From: Balamuthia mandrillaris
Lineage: Eukaryota
Assembly: GCA_031835245.2 (NCBI GenBank)
Contig: JAVKOQ020000091.1
Span: forward strand, 124,001-183,445
Reading direction: 5' to 3'
Length of the DNA stretch: 59,445 nt
Part shown: positions 35,321-46,319 of the stretch, piece by piece
Position numbering within the stretch: position 1 is the first letter of the stretch
How the letters are laid out: every line of letters begins with the position of its first letter
The notes under the pieces: model-generated
Databases searched by the model: none
What the model saw: only the letters and a program-made list of their open reading frames with translations
What the model was told of the DNA's origin: nothing
Program-made: the position numbers and the translations under genes

Positions 35321-36743
35321 GCAGTAAGATGTAGAAGCGAGAATAAACGAAAGAAACAAGAAAGAAGACGTACTTTGTTTCACGACAGTACCACCAACCA
35401 AGGTGATCCAAGGGCTGCTGGGGTAAGGGAACTCGAACTTGGTGCAGTTGTCATTACAACCAACGCCATCGTCTCCGCTGGCTACCAAGATGCTGACTCC
35501 ACGAGCTTTGTATGTTTTATTGTTCATCAGTTTGATATCCCAACAAGAACGAGGCAGAACGAACGACAAACAAAAAGAGAAACATACCGCCAAGCTTCAT
35601 CCATTCGTTGCTGATACGCTGAACTGTGGCGTTGGGGTAGTCTCCACCGTACTCTCCGTAGGACACAGAGTGAATGAGAGGAGGCCTTGGGTCGCTGGCC
35701 AGATCGGTCACCCACCTGAGGAAGGCGTCAAAGATGTCGTCCTCCTTGTAGAGATAGTAGTAAGTGGGACAGAAGCTGCCCATAGCCATGATGTACTGAA
35801 GATCCAAAGCGGCCTCTCCCTCTCCTGTTGTTAAAGTTAGCAAGAAGAAAGAAGAGAAGCAACAAAAGAAGAAAGAAGAACAGGCAAGAAAGAAACAAAG
35901 CGTACCTGGGTCATGAGGATCGTTCTCGGCGTCACCCAGGTCCTTGACGACCTTCTGGCCAACCAAGTTGGGGGCAAAGGAGCGGAAGAACTTTTGAAGG
36001 TCGGAGGTGGAGTAGTCGTCCTGATCCTCCCACACGGCCTGCGTGTTGTTCACGCCGAGGTTGGGCGTGCCCACGGTCACGTTGTAGATCTGCCTGATCA
36101 GAGTGGGGGTGACGTTGACGTTCTTGTCCTTGCCCTTTTGGTTGCTCGCGGCCACGTTGGCGGACGGGTCACGCACGTTCTTGAGGCGCGGGAAGCCGTG
36201 CACGGGCTCGATAAAGTCGATCAAGGGGTGGACGCCCTCCTCCAGGAAGCTGGGGGTGTGGCAGCGCAGCACGGTCTTGGCGGGGGAGAGCACGTGGGAG
36301 AAGGTGCGGAACTGGCAGTTGAGGAGGCGCTCGGCCTGCTCCACCGTGGCCTTGAACCTGATGAAGCTGCGGGAGGCCATCACCTCGTAGTCGGTCACAC
36401 CATGGCGGGACAACCACGCCACCACCTGATCCACAGACTCCTGCTCCGGGGCGGTCAATTCTGTCACCTCCTTGAGGGAGAGCTGGCGGCCGTAGGCGGG
36501 GCTGTCCGGGTCGGCGATGGCCAGGGCCAGCTTCTCAAAGTACTCCAGGTTGCGCTCCTTCAGGGCGGCGTAGAGGGTCAACGGGGCGGTGCGGCCGGCA
36601 GCGGCCTCCTCCCCCCGGAGGAGCGGCTGCCAGTGTGGGGAGCTCACCGGCTGCGACTTGAGGAGAAGGCGCGGGGAAGGCGCGGCGGTCGCCGCCGCAA
36701 CAGCGAGGAGGGACAGCACCACCAGCAAGCAGGCCGTCTTCAT
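34584..36743 (-). CDS. TPP1: Tripeptidyl-peptidase I / sedolisin (peptidase S53), secreted or lysosomal
   Basis: Signal peptide, pro-kumamolisin domain (IADPDSPAYGRQLSLKEV), EAALDLQY, SVSYG, ASGDDG, GRGLPDISA, GGTSCSAP, GWDPVTGLGTPNF. Confidence 0.93.
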
Positions 36744-37141
36744 TCCGTTTCCGTTTGACTGTGAGAGAGAGGAGAGATAAGAAAAAAAATGAAGTGAAAA
36801 CTTTTCTCAAACGAAAGCAAAAAAAAGAGGGGGAAAAGAAAATGGGGAGTGAGGACCGAAAGTTGCACTTACTTTTTCTGCCCGCTGGCCGAATGGCGTC
36901 ATCTGCCCTCACCCCACCCCACCCCCCGTTGGTGGCCCCGAATCGGAGAGGAGAGGAGGCTATCGCGCGCACCGGTCACCCCCTCCTAAAAAGCAGCTTA
37001 AGGCGAAATGTGGACAGCCGAAAATTCCAAAGCTCAGTGGGTCTTTCTCTCTTCGATCTCTTCTCTCTCCTCCGCAATGTTTCTTGCTCTCTCTCTCTCT
37101 CTCTCTCATCTTTCTCTCTCCTTCGGTCTTCTCTGTGTCTT

Positions 37142-37182
<41 letters not shown>

Positions 37183-37278
37183 GTCTCTCCCCTTGCGCGC
37201 TCTCTCCTTCCTCTATCTCTTCTCCTCTGTCTCTCTGTCTCTCCCTTGCGCGCTCTCTCCCTCCTCTGCTCTCTCTCA

Positions 37279-37317
<39 letters not shown>

Positions 37318-37429
37318 TTCCGTCATCCGTTTTCTTTCTTCATTGCACAACAACAAAGGTTAGTAACAACACAAAAAAAAAAACCATAGTTTGAAAAGGG
37401 GTGGAAGAGTTTCACAGAGTGGTTTGGCG

Positions 37430-38018
37430 TTAGTGATGTCCAGAGGAAGCATCCACCTCCTGCTTTGGAGGCAAAGCAGGATAGACCTGGTGCTGGTTGC
37501 TGCCGGGGGGATGAATCAGACGATACATGAAAACGGGGACGGTGAACAGCGGTATCTTGATGGGATCCAAGGTGGACTTCTCCAAAGGGTGTTGGTAGCC
37601 AACGATCTTCCTCAATCGTCGCGGAGAGGGAGAGGGAGGGCGATGCTTGGGGTCGGTAGAGTAAAAGTGTATCGGCAGAGCGCCATCCCTGGTTTGTGTG
37701 CGACAGAGACGGAGGAGGTAGTCATTTGCCTCGCAGTCTTCTAACCCAGTGGCAGCGGCTTTGGCTCGTTCTTTGGTGTGCTTCTTTTGAGAGGGAGAAG
37801 AGGCGGAAGCGGGTTGAAAGGGTTCGGTGACGTAGATGCCGGCATCGGCGTCCCAACGGATGGGACGGCCGTGGCGAATGGAGTGGGTGAAGATGAGGCT
37901 GCTGCGTTCTTGGTCAATGCGGTCCCTTCGCTCCTGCCAAAAGACGTGGTGGCGATCCCTGTCGTAAGTCAGCTGAGGGCCAGAAGAAAGAAAGAAGCAG
38001 AGAAGAAAGAACAGATAC

Positions 38019-38062
<44 letters not shown>

Positions 38063-38255
38063 TTGTTAGGAAACAAAAAGTTGATGAAAAAGAAGTGGGG
38101 GGAAGAAAAAAAAAGAAGCGTACGAAGCGAGGTTGATCAAAGTATTTTTGGCACACGTAGTCAGCAAGGGGCATGGTGATGGAAGCAGATCCCAAGAAGG
38201 CCGCAATGGCCAGGCCCGTAGGGGCCATCTCCCACAACGCACTCACCGACGCCAT
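37430..38255 (-). CDS. Hypothetical protein with hydrophobic N-terminal segment (2 exons)
   Basis: MASVSALWEMAPTGLAIAAFLGSASITMPLADYVCQKYFDQPR spliced to an open frame ending ...EVDASSGHH-TAA. No family recognised. Confidence 0.5.
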
Positions 38256-38824
38256 ATGGAGACCTTGTTTTTTTTAAAACAAAAAAAACAAAACACAAGG
38301 GGGGGAGGGGGAGGGGGAGGGGAAAGATAAAAACAAAAGAGGAGGTCAACAACAGCAAAAAAAAAAACCAACGGAGATTAAAAGTAGCAGATAGATCGTG
38401 CACCTCCTTCCTTCCTTCACAAAATTCGTTCTCTTTTTTTTAAATTCTTACACAGCAAGAATTCTGTCGACAAAGAAAATCTGCCGACAACAAATCGTGT
38501 CGTCTCGAAATCACAACGTCGACAATAACTCCTCTCTATCTCTTCGCCAGACCCTCTCCTGTTGGCCCGATGGGACACCCATGGGTCGGTCGGATGGTGT
38601 GGAGGATAGGGTCCCAGTGCTGTTGTGTTACCGTAAGCATGCTATTTAAACCGGCCTGCCGGCAGTGGCCCGGTCACACAGCGCCAGCTTGGAGTAGATA
38701 TTCTTTTATTCCGTGTTTCTTTTTCTGTATATCTTTTCTCTTTTGCTTTCTTTTTTTTTATCTTTACATAAAAACATAACACACACACATGCACATCTAA
38801 TTAAAAAAAAAAGTATGGCACAAC

Positions 38825-39493
38825 TCAAGAAGAACTTCCAGCGGCCTTGGCGGCAAAAGCAGCGGCAGCAGCTCTCACTCCTCCTCCGCTTGCATTCCTG
38901 TTTCCACTTGCTGGTATGTTGACCTTTCCAGACGCAGAAAGGGAAGGAATGGAGGATGAGGAGGAAGTTACCGGCGAAGAAGATGATGAGGATGATGATG
39001 AAGAAGAAGAAGAATCAAACACGGCTGCTCGTTGCTTTACCAAGTTGGCAGTATTGGTTACGCCTGTAGGGGCTGCAGTTGTTGAAGATGATGAAAAAGT
39101 GGATCTTGGTGTCTGTTGTACAGAAGAAGTTGAAGAGGCAGAAGAAGAAGAAGAGCTAATCACAAAAGCAGAAGAAGGCAACGAAGGAAACAGGGAAGAG
39201 TAGTTCTCTATCATGAGTCGAGTAAGGTGGTTGACTTTGGCCATGGAGTTCATTATCAGGTCCACCGCATCTCCTTGGGGCCAAAGCAGGTTGGGTCCAA
39301 CAACGATGGAGAGGGCCTCGGCCGTCATGCGGTTGGTCTTGCTGTTCTTCTCCAACACCACTTTGTGCCAGTAGGTGAAGAGGAGATGAAGGGTGTTGTA
39401 GTTTACTGGAGGCAGTTGTTGGAGAAGGCTCTTCAACTCGGTTGTTGGCTGTGGAAAACGCGTTTGATCTGCATTGGAGGATGTGGAATGTTA

Positions 39494-39524
<31 letters not shown>

Positions 39525-39735
39525 ACGAGAAAATGAGAAACTAACCTGTACATGCAACCCAACGATCATATAACGCAAAGGTAAGAATGGGGTCGGGCAG
39601 TTCGCGCAAGAATGCTTTTATAAGCCCAGCTACTGCATATGGGTCCATTCCTGGTGCAAATTCTGCTGTCCCTATAGTCCCATAGAGTACAGTTTTTATC
39701 TAAAAAAAAATGCGCAATGGCAAGAGCAAGAGATC

Positions 39736-39781
<46 letters not shown>

Positions 39782-41846
39782 AGATGAAGGAAATACCTTG
39801 ATTTATTTGGTCAACAAGTTCATTATGAGTTTCTAATGCGCCCGACTTCCGGAATATGCCTTCCAACGTGCAAGCTGTAAACAAATGCAGAATGAGAAAA
39901 GGTGTTCAAACTATAAAAACAGCTAACATCAACAAGCAAGATTAAACAAAAAAGATAACAGACAGAGGGCAAAAAGGTGAAGCCACTAAAAGAGAATTAC
40001 CATCAGTACTTTCCAGAAAAGCCAAAGCCTTAACGATCAACACAGGAACCTTCAAAGAAGGATGTTCGGCCTGTTGTAACGCCATTACCTCCTGCAGAGA
40101 AACTCCAAATACCTTTCTCTCGCTCCGTTGTTTCTGAAGTAACTTCTCTTCCTCCTTTTTCCGTTTCTCTTCCTCTTTTTTTCTCTTTTCCTCCTCTTTG
40201 CGAAATCTCTCCGCCTCCTTTTCTCGTTCCCGTTGTTGTCGTTCTTCTTCCTTCTCTTGCTCCCTCCTCTTTCTCTCCTCTTCCTTTTCTTCATCCCTCT
40301 TCTGTTTTTCTATCTCCTTTCTCTTCCGTTCTTCCTCTTTCTCCTCCTCCTTCTTCTGCTTCTCCTCCTCCTTCAACCGGCGTTTCTCCTCCGCTTCCTT
40401 TTGCTTCCTTCGCTCCTCCTGTTCCTTCTGTCTGGCCAACCGAAGAGCCTCCAACTCTTCCATCCTTTGCTGCTCCGATTGCTCCTCCGCTTTGGACTTG
40501 CTCTCCCACAAACTGGCTACCGAGCCAACGCTTCCACTAGGCACCACAGCAGCTGCTTCTTTTGCGGGTGGCAATGATGAGGATGGGATATCTGTCGGGG
40601 ATGAAGCGAGTTTGATGGCCGCCTTTTGCTTCTTCTTCTCCTCCTTCTCTTGTTTCTTTCGTTGTTTTTCTTGCTCGTTCTCCCATTTTTGACCGACTGA
40701 AGTGTTGGTGTCCACTAACTTTCTCACAGAAGAAGCGAGATGCACCTTTGGTAACTTTTGCTTAAACCTATTGATGCTGTTGTCTTCTTTGTCTTTGTGC
40801 TCTTTGTGTTCTTTATGTTCTGGCAAGCCGTTTTGTTCTTGTTTGTTCTTTGGCGGTGATGAAGAAGTTATAGTCGCAGGACACGAAGCAGAAAGAGAAG
40901 AGGGTTGTTGTTGCTGCTGTGGTTGTTGTTCATTGCGAGTAATATCTTCCCATTGGCTTGTAGTCTTTCGAACGCTCACGGTCTTCATGTCGGCATCGAG
41001 CGCTTTGACGGTTGGAATGGCAGAAGAGGAGCACACCATCGGCGGAGCAGAAGAGGAGCGACCGACATTCAGCTTCTGCTTCAACTTGTTGCCCATTCCT
41101 CCGAAGCTTATTGTCTTGCCGCTTTCATGCGGCTCGTGTTCCTCCTTCTCTTTCCTCTTCTTTAGCTTGGCTTCTCCCTCTTCTTTGTGTTGTTGCTCCT
41201 CTCCTTCCCCTTTGTGCTGTTGTTGTTGCTGTTGATCTCCTTCTTCTGACTTGGTGTTTATGTTATGAGATAACTTTTTGGTGGTGTCCTTGACTCGCTT
41301 CGAAGTGTCGTTGACCAAACCTTTCAAGTTGTTCTTCCAGCCTTTCTTGTTGCTATTGTTCTCTCCTTGATGAAGAAGAGGAGGAGAGTCCGCGTTGTTG
41401 TTGTTGCTCTTCATGACAATAGCACTCCCGCCAACCGTTTGTTGTTGTTGAAAACGAGCTTGGGAAAAGGAAGAAGATGAGGAAGAAATGGCAGAAAAAG
41501 TGGCCGAGGAGGTCCCCGAAAAAGTTTGATGGTGGTGATGGTGCCCAGCGGAGACCGTGGAGTCCCAGCCACAACCCCCACCGTTACTGTTGCTGATAAG
41601 CACGGCGCTTCCTCCCCCGCCTCCCCCAACAAAACGAGGAGAAACCATGGGGTGGGAGGCAGAGGAAGCGGCACCGGCGGGCGTGCTGCCACCCAACGCC
41701 AACTCGTGGTAAGAATTGGTGCTGTAGGCTTTGGTGAGGACGGCCGGGCCGCCGCCTCCTCGCCCTCTCCCCCCGCCTCCTCCTCTTCCGGCCGCTCGGA
41801 GTGCTACCGTTCCCCGCGGCGGTGATTGCTGTTGTCCTCGTATCAT
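38825..41846 (-). CDS. RhoGAP-domain protein with long disordered/coiled-coil N-terminus
   Basis: VFGVSLQEVM, VPVLIVKAL, EGIFRKSG (arginine finger), DPYAVAGLIKAFLRELPDPILT, LPPVNYNTL, NRMTAEALSIVVGPNLL. Confidence 0.92.
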
Positions 41847-42213
41847 TGCTGTCGTTGTGAGGTGCCAAGCTGTTTTCTTTCTAACAGTTTTGTTCGTTTG
41901 TTTTGGTGATCTCAAATCTGAATGTAACGCATCAAAAAAAGATTAAAAGGCTATTAGTAGTCCACTCAAATAAGAAAAAAAGGAGTAAAGAAGGAACAAA
42001 AAAAAAAGAAGTAAAACGTAAAGACAATACAAGGCAAAGGCCAGAAGATCGGTCAACCACACAAACACGAGGCACAAACGGTTGTTGTCTTTCGCACACA
42101 CAGCACGGCAAAGAAGAAAGCATAAAAGAAACAAATAAATGGCCCGAAGTTCATTGAGGCGAAACTGACCATCTTGGTTGGTTCGTAAAAAAAAAGGCAT
42201 TTAATCTCAACAA

Positions 42214-42284
42214 GCATCCGTAGTCTAGGGGCATGATTTCCGCCTGCCACGCGGGAGGCCCGGGTTCAACTCCCGGCGGATGCA
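42214..42284 (+). tRNA. tRNA-Gly (GCC)
   Basis: GCATCCG...CGGATGC-A acceptor stem, anticodon loop CTGCCAC, GTTCAAC T-loop, T-run terminator downstream. Confidence 0.95.
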
Positions 42285-42734
42285 CATTCTTTTTGCTCGT
42301 AGGACTTTTTTTTGGTTTGCCTAGCTAGTTGCCAGAAGGAAGTTCAAAGAAAACAAAAAACAAAACAAAACAAAACAAAAACTGATGTACTATCGCGGAA
42401 AACAGCCTATATTTGTTTTGAGTAAATAGAGGTTGCTCGCCAGGCGAAAGCACGAATAATCTTTTCTTCAACCACAACATTAATCCTAGTGATTCATCAT
42501 CATTCCTTTAAGTTATGGGAAGGTGTTTCTTCCCAGGTTCGTCGGAGGAGTCGTCTGTCTCCTACCCTGCTGTCTAAAGTTAACAAATCATGCGAGAGAC
42601 GAGAAGCGATGCCCAGCAAAACCATGGCGTTCAAGAGCACCGCTGTGGTCATTGTGGCCCTCATACTTGGGGGGGGAAAAAAAAAAGAGATTACTTCCAA
42701 CCGCAACAAGTTATAAAAAAGCGCAAAAAGAATG

Positions 42735-42805
42735 TGCATCCGCCGGGAGTTGAACCCGGGCCTCCCGCGTGGCAGGCGGAAATCATGCCCCTAGACTACG
42801 GATGC
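42735..42805 (-). tRNA. tRNA-Gly (GCC), identical inverted copy
   Basis: Exact reverse complement of 42214-42284. Confidence 0.95.
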
Positions 42806-43149
42806 TTGTTGAGTTTTTGAAAAATTCAATATGCACCTGCAATTGCTATGCCTACCTCGGATCCACTGGGCTGCAGTTTTTTGCTGCTTACTCACCTTGT
42901 TCGTCCTGTTGCCCTTTCGCCTCGCAGAACAGTTTCTATCGCCTTGCGCACGTGTTGTCGGGAGTCAACCAGTGAGCATACGCACATCACCGCTGTGATT
43001 TCTTCCAAAGACTATGCAGTGGCCACTTGACGAGGGGTGGGGGCATGTAAGGCCCTAGGGCGGTTAGTGCCTTCTACAGCTGCGTAAAGCGAGGCTAGTG
43101 TAGCGTTAGTGCCCTCAGCAGCTGCGGATTTTTTTTTTCATTGTTCTGT

Positions 43150-44298
43150 TTAATGATTCTCTGGTAGGCTGTAGTAGGATAACAACGTTTGAAGTTGCTG
43201 CTCAGAAACTCCTGTCTTTGTGGCGTACGTCCTCAACGCTTCATCTTGAGCAGCTGATGGTCTCTGCTCTTCTTTGCCTTCTTCCTGCTTTTCCTTTGTT
43301 TGTACTGGGTAGGTGAACAACTCGCCTTTCTCTTTCGCCGAGAGAATGACTCTGAGTTGTTGGTTGTTCAAACGGCCAGACTTTTCCTGGCTGGTCTCGA
43401 AGTAATCATCTCGCGAGTGGACGTTGCGAAGCTTGGGCAGCTTGGCAGATGGGGTGAAGCCTGGCTTACTTGCCGTCGTTGTCCCTTCCTGTTTACCCAC
43501 AAGGTAAGGAAATTCTCTCGTCTCTTCCCTCATCTACTCTCCATGCTCATTTCTCTTCTTTTATCATATTTTCATGTAAGCATTCTTGCATTCTATGCCT
43601 ATGCTTCTCTCCCGCTTTGAAAGAGTTTGGTTTGAGCGTACCTTTCGTCGTTTGCTCTTTTCCAAGTCTTCCGAGCTGACAATCATACCGCTGAGCTGGC
43701 GCATGGCTTGTATCCATTCCATGGGCGGTGGCTCATCCGGGCTCCTAGCAAACGCTGGTTGCTGTGGTTGTTGACCATGTTGCTGTTGCAGTGCTGCTCC
43801 TTCTCTTTGTCCTGTCCCGTGTTCTTCCTGCATTTGTTGCAGCAGCTGATCAAAGGGATCCACTTTTTGTTGGTCTGCTGCTACGTTTGTGATGCGTTCC
43901 TCGCCAACAACAGCCGCAGCAGATTGCTCTTGTTGGTCTTCTCCTTTGTTTTGTTGTTGCATAGCTCTTTCAATGGTGGCCGCAAAATGTCTTTCCATTT
44001 TGATGGAGGAGTCGTGTAGCGAGAGGATGGAGGAGGAGGGCGCGCCAAAGACAGAGGTTAGCGTGGAATCGATGCTCTTCTGGCGGCGTTCGCTGAGGCG
44101 GTCATGTTGTTCGTTCAGCTGTTGGACGTGCTGTCTGGCCCGTTTGGCCTTCTCTGAGAATAGCTTGCCATCATCAACTTCTCGCGGTTCGGGGGGAGCG
44201 TTCTCCTCATCTCGTGGGGGAGGTTCGTTTGAAGAGGAAGAGAAAAAGCGCAGTGGCGTCGCTGCACAACAGCATCGCGAGAAAGCGGGAGCCATCAT
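43150..44298 (-). CDS. Mitochondrial protein, NDUFAF4/UPF0240-like complex I assembly factor (2 exons)
   Basis: Presequence-like N-terminus (MMAPAFSRCCCAATPLRFFSS). C-terminal GRLNNQQLRVIL...YATKTGVSEQQLQTLLSYYSLP resembles the NDUFAF4-type helical tail. Confidence 0.5.
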
Positions 44299-44505
44299 CC
44301 TGCTTTTGGTGGAGCGGCCACTACATCCTTTGGGCACCACCAAAACAAAGTAAAGCTGTTTTCGTGTGGCGCTCATCTTTCCTTTTGTTTTGGTTTTTTT
44401 TTTTTGTATTCTATTCGATTTCATGTCGTCATGGATCTGGTTCCTTTTTTTTCCTTCAGAATTTCTGCAGCCCTTCTGCGTCATTATTATTAACGAGTGA
44501 TATTT

Positions 44506-44540
44506 TGGGTGTACCGGGTGTCGAACCCGGATCCATTTGC
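44506..44540 (-). other. Orphan tRNA 3'-half-like fragment (T-arm/B-box plus acceptor strand)
   Basis: Minus strand CCGGG-TTCGACA-CCCGG-TACACCCA. No matching 5' half found nearby. Confidence 0.4.
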
Positions 44541-44690
44541 TGCCGACAAAAGAAAAAAAAGTGGTCCAAAAACAAAGAAAGCTCCGGAACGGTTTGTGGA
44601 GGGTGGGTGTTCCGCTCTGGCTACCCACTTGCCTCGCCTCAGGTTCATTCACCTCGCTAACTTGTTCTTGTGTTCAAATTGGAAATAGTG

Positions 44691-44927
44691 ATGACGGAGC
44701 ACAAACAACAACCGAGTTTTCTGAGGAGCTCGCCGCTGCTGGCCGGAGTGCGAGCAAACCTGGTCACTGCCCAGCCCTACTTCGCGAATGCGGTTCACTT
44801 TGCAAAGCTCGCCTTCCACTTTGGTTTCGTTCCGCTGATCGTGTTCCTTGGCCTTCGCTCCTTTGCCAAAGACCAAGACCTTTTCTCTCTTATCATGCCT
44901 CCCTCTGCCATCACAGCAAGAATGTAG
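44691..44927 (+). CDS. TOM7: Mitochondrial import receptor subunit Tom7
   Basis: 78-aa ORF with AKLAFHFGFVPLIVFLG, matching the Tom7 H(W/Y/F)GF(I/V)PxxxxLG motif. Confidence 0.8.
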   Translation: MTEHKQQPSFLRSSPLLAGVRANLVTAQPYFANAVHFAKLAFHFGFVPLIVFLGLRSFAKDQDLFSLIMPPSAITARM

Positions 44928-45145
44928 AAATGAAATTAAAAAGAGAAAAGAAAGAAACTGTGAGTGGAGAGAGAGAGAGAGAAAGGGAGGAAGAGCAGCC
45001 TCACAGAAACCGTGTCGACACGGCAAATTTAAAATTTTTCTAGTAAAGATTTCCATTTAGAGGAAAATTTTACCGATCTTTTCAATTAAAAATAAAGTGA
45101 AAAATAAAAAAAAAGGCCAACAAAAGGCTTTGCAAAGATCCAGTG

Positions 45146-46279
45146 ATGCACAGATTACCAGATTCAGCGATACGGGCCATAAGAGCTGGACCCGTCATAG
45201 TGGACGTGCACTCAGTGGTCAAAGAGCTTGTAGAGTATGTATTTACCTTTTTGTGCCATTTTCGTTTTTTCTCTTTCTCCATCTTGTTGTCTCTCATCAT
45301 CTATCATCCCGTTACAACGATTGTTTTTTTTTTTTTTTGATTTTTATTTTTTTCCAAACAGGAATGCCATCGACGGAGGTGCCACGCGCATCACTTTACG
45401 TCTGGAAAGCGGCGGTCTTCGTCTAGTCGAGGTACCAAACTTTTTTTTCTTTTCTTTTTTTCTTTTGGGGTTTTATTTTCATTTTGTTAAAATATTTATT
45501 AAAAATAACAAAGGTGAAAGACAACGGAAGAGGCATCGCTCGGGAGGAGTTATCGCAGTGCGCGTTGGAGTACACCACCTCCAAGCTGAGGGACTATGAG
45601 GACATCACCAACCTGCAAACCTTTGGCTTCCGTGGGGAGGCGCTCAACTCCATCAGCGCCACCGGGCAGCTGACCATCATCACGCGCACGGCAGAGGACG
45701 AGAAGGCCGTCTCCGCCACGTTTGATGCCCATGGCCACATGCTCACGTACGTTTTCCTTTTTTTTGTTTCTTTCTGGTCGTTTCTTTTGTCGTTTGTTTG
45801 TTTGTTTGTTGTGTCTCTCGTCGTTTCGGCGTGTTGTTATCTTGTGTTAACTTCAAGTTTGCAGCTGCACTGAAGTTACACAACATACTGAAGTTGGGAC
45901 CACCGTGAGAGTGACAAACCTCTTCGAACGTTTCGTGGTTAGACAAAAACGACAAAAGACGACCACAGTGATGAAGCTACAAACCAAAAAGATACAACAG
46001 ACCATTCGAGGCTATGCAATCGCCTTTCCTTCACTTTGCTTTTCTCTTTTCTTTCCTCCAAGTCCCGACTTCATAAAGCTTCCTGTCGCGGACATGGGGG
46101 TACGCCTCTCTCTCTCTCTCTCTCCCTCTTATGCTATATATTTTTCTCGTGCTTCTTTGAAATCTAAACTTAAAGAACAATAGGAAGCCATAAAGCAAAT
46201 ATTCACAACGAAAGTGTTTGGTCAACTTTCGCACATCGACTTTCAGTCTCCTGATTCCAACTATCGTTTCACTGGGTTT

Positions 46280-46319
<40 letters not shown>

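Noticed and set aside
35913..36758. 281-aa plus-strand ORF
   Set aside because: Antisense shadow of the GC3-rich TPP1 exon.
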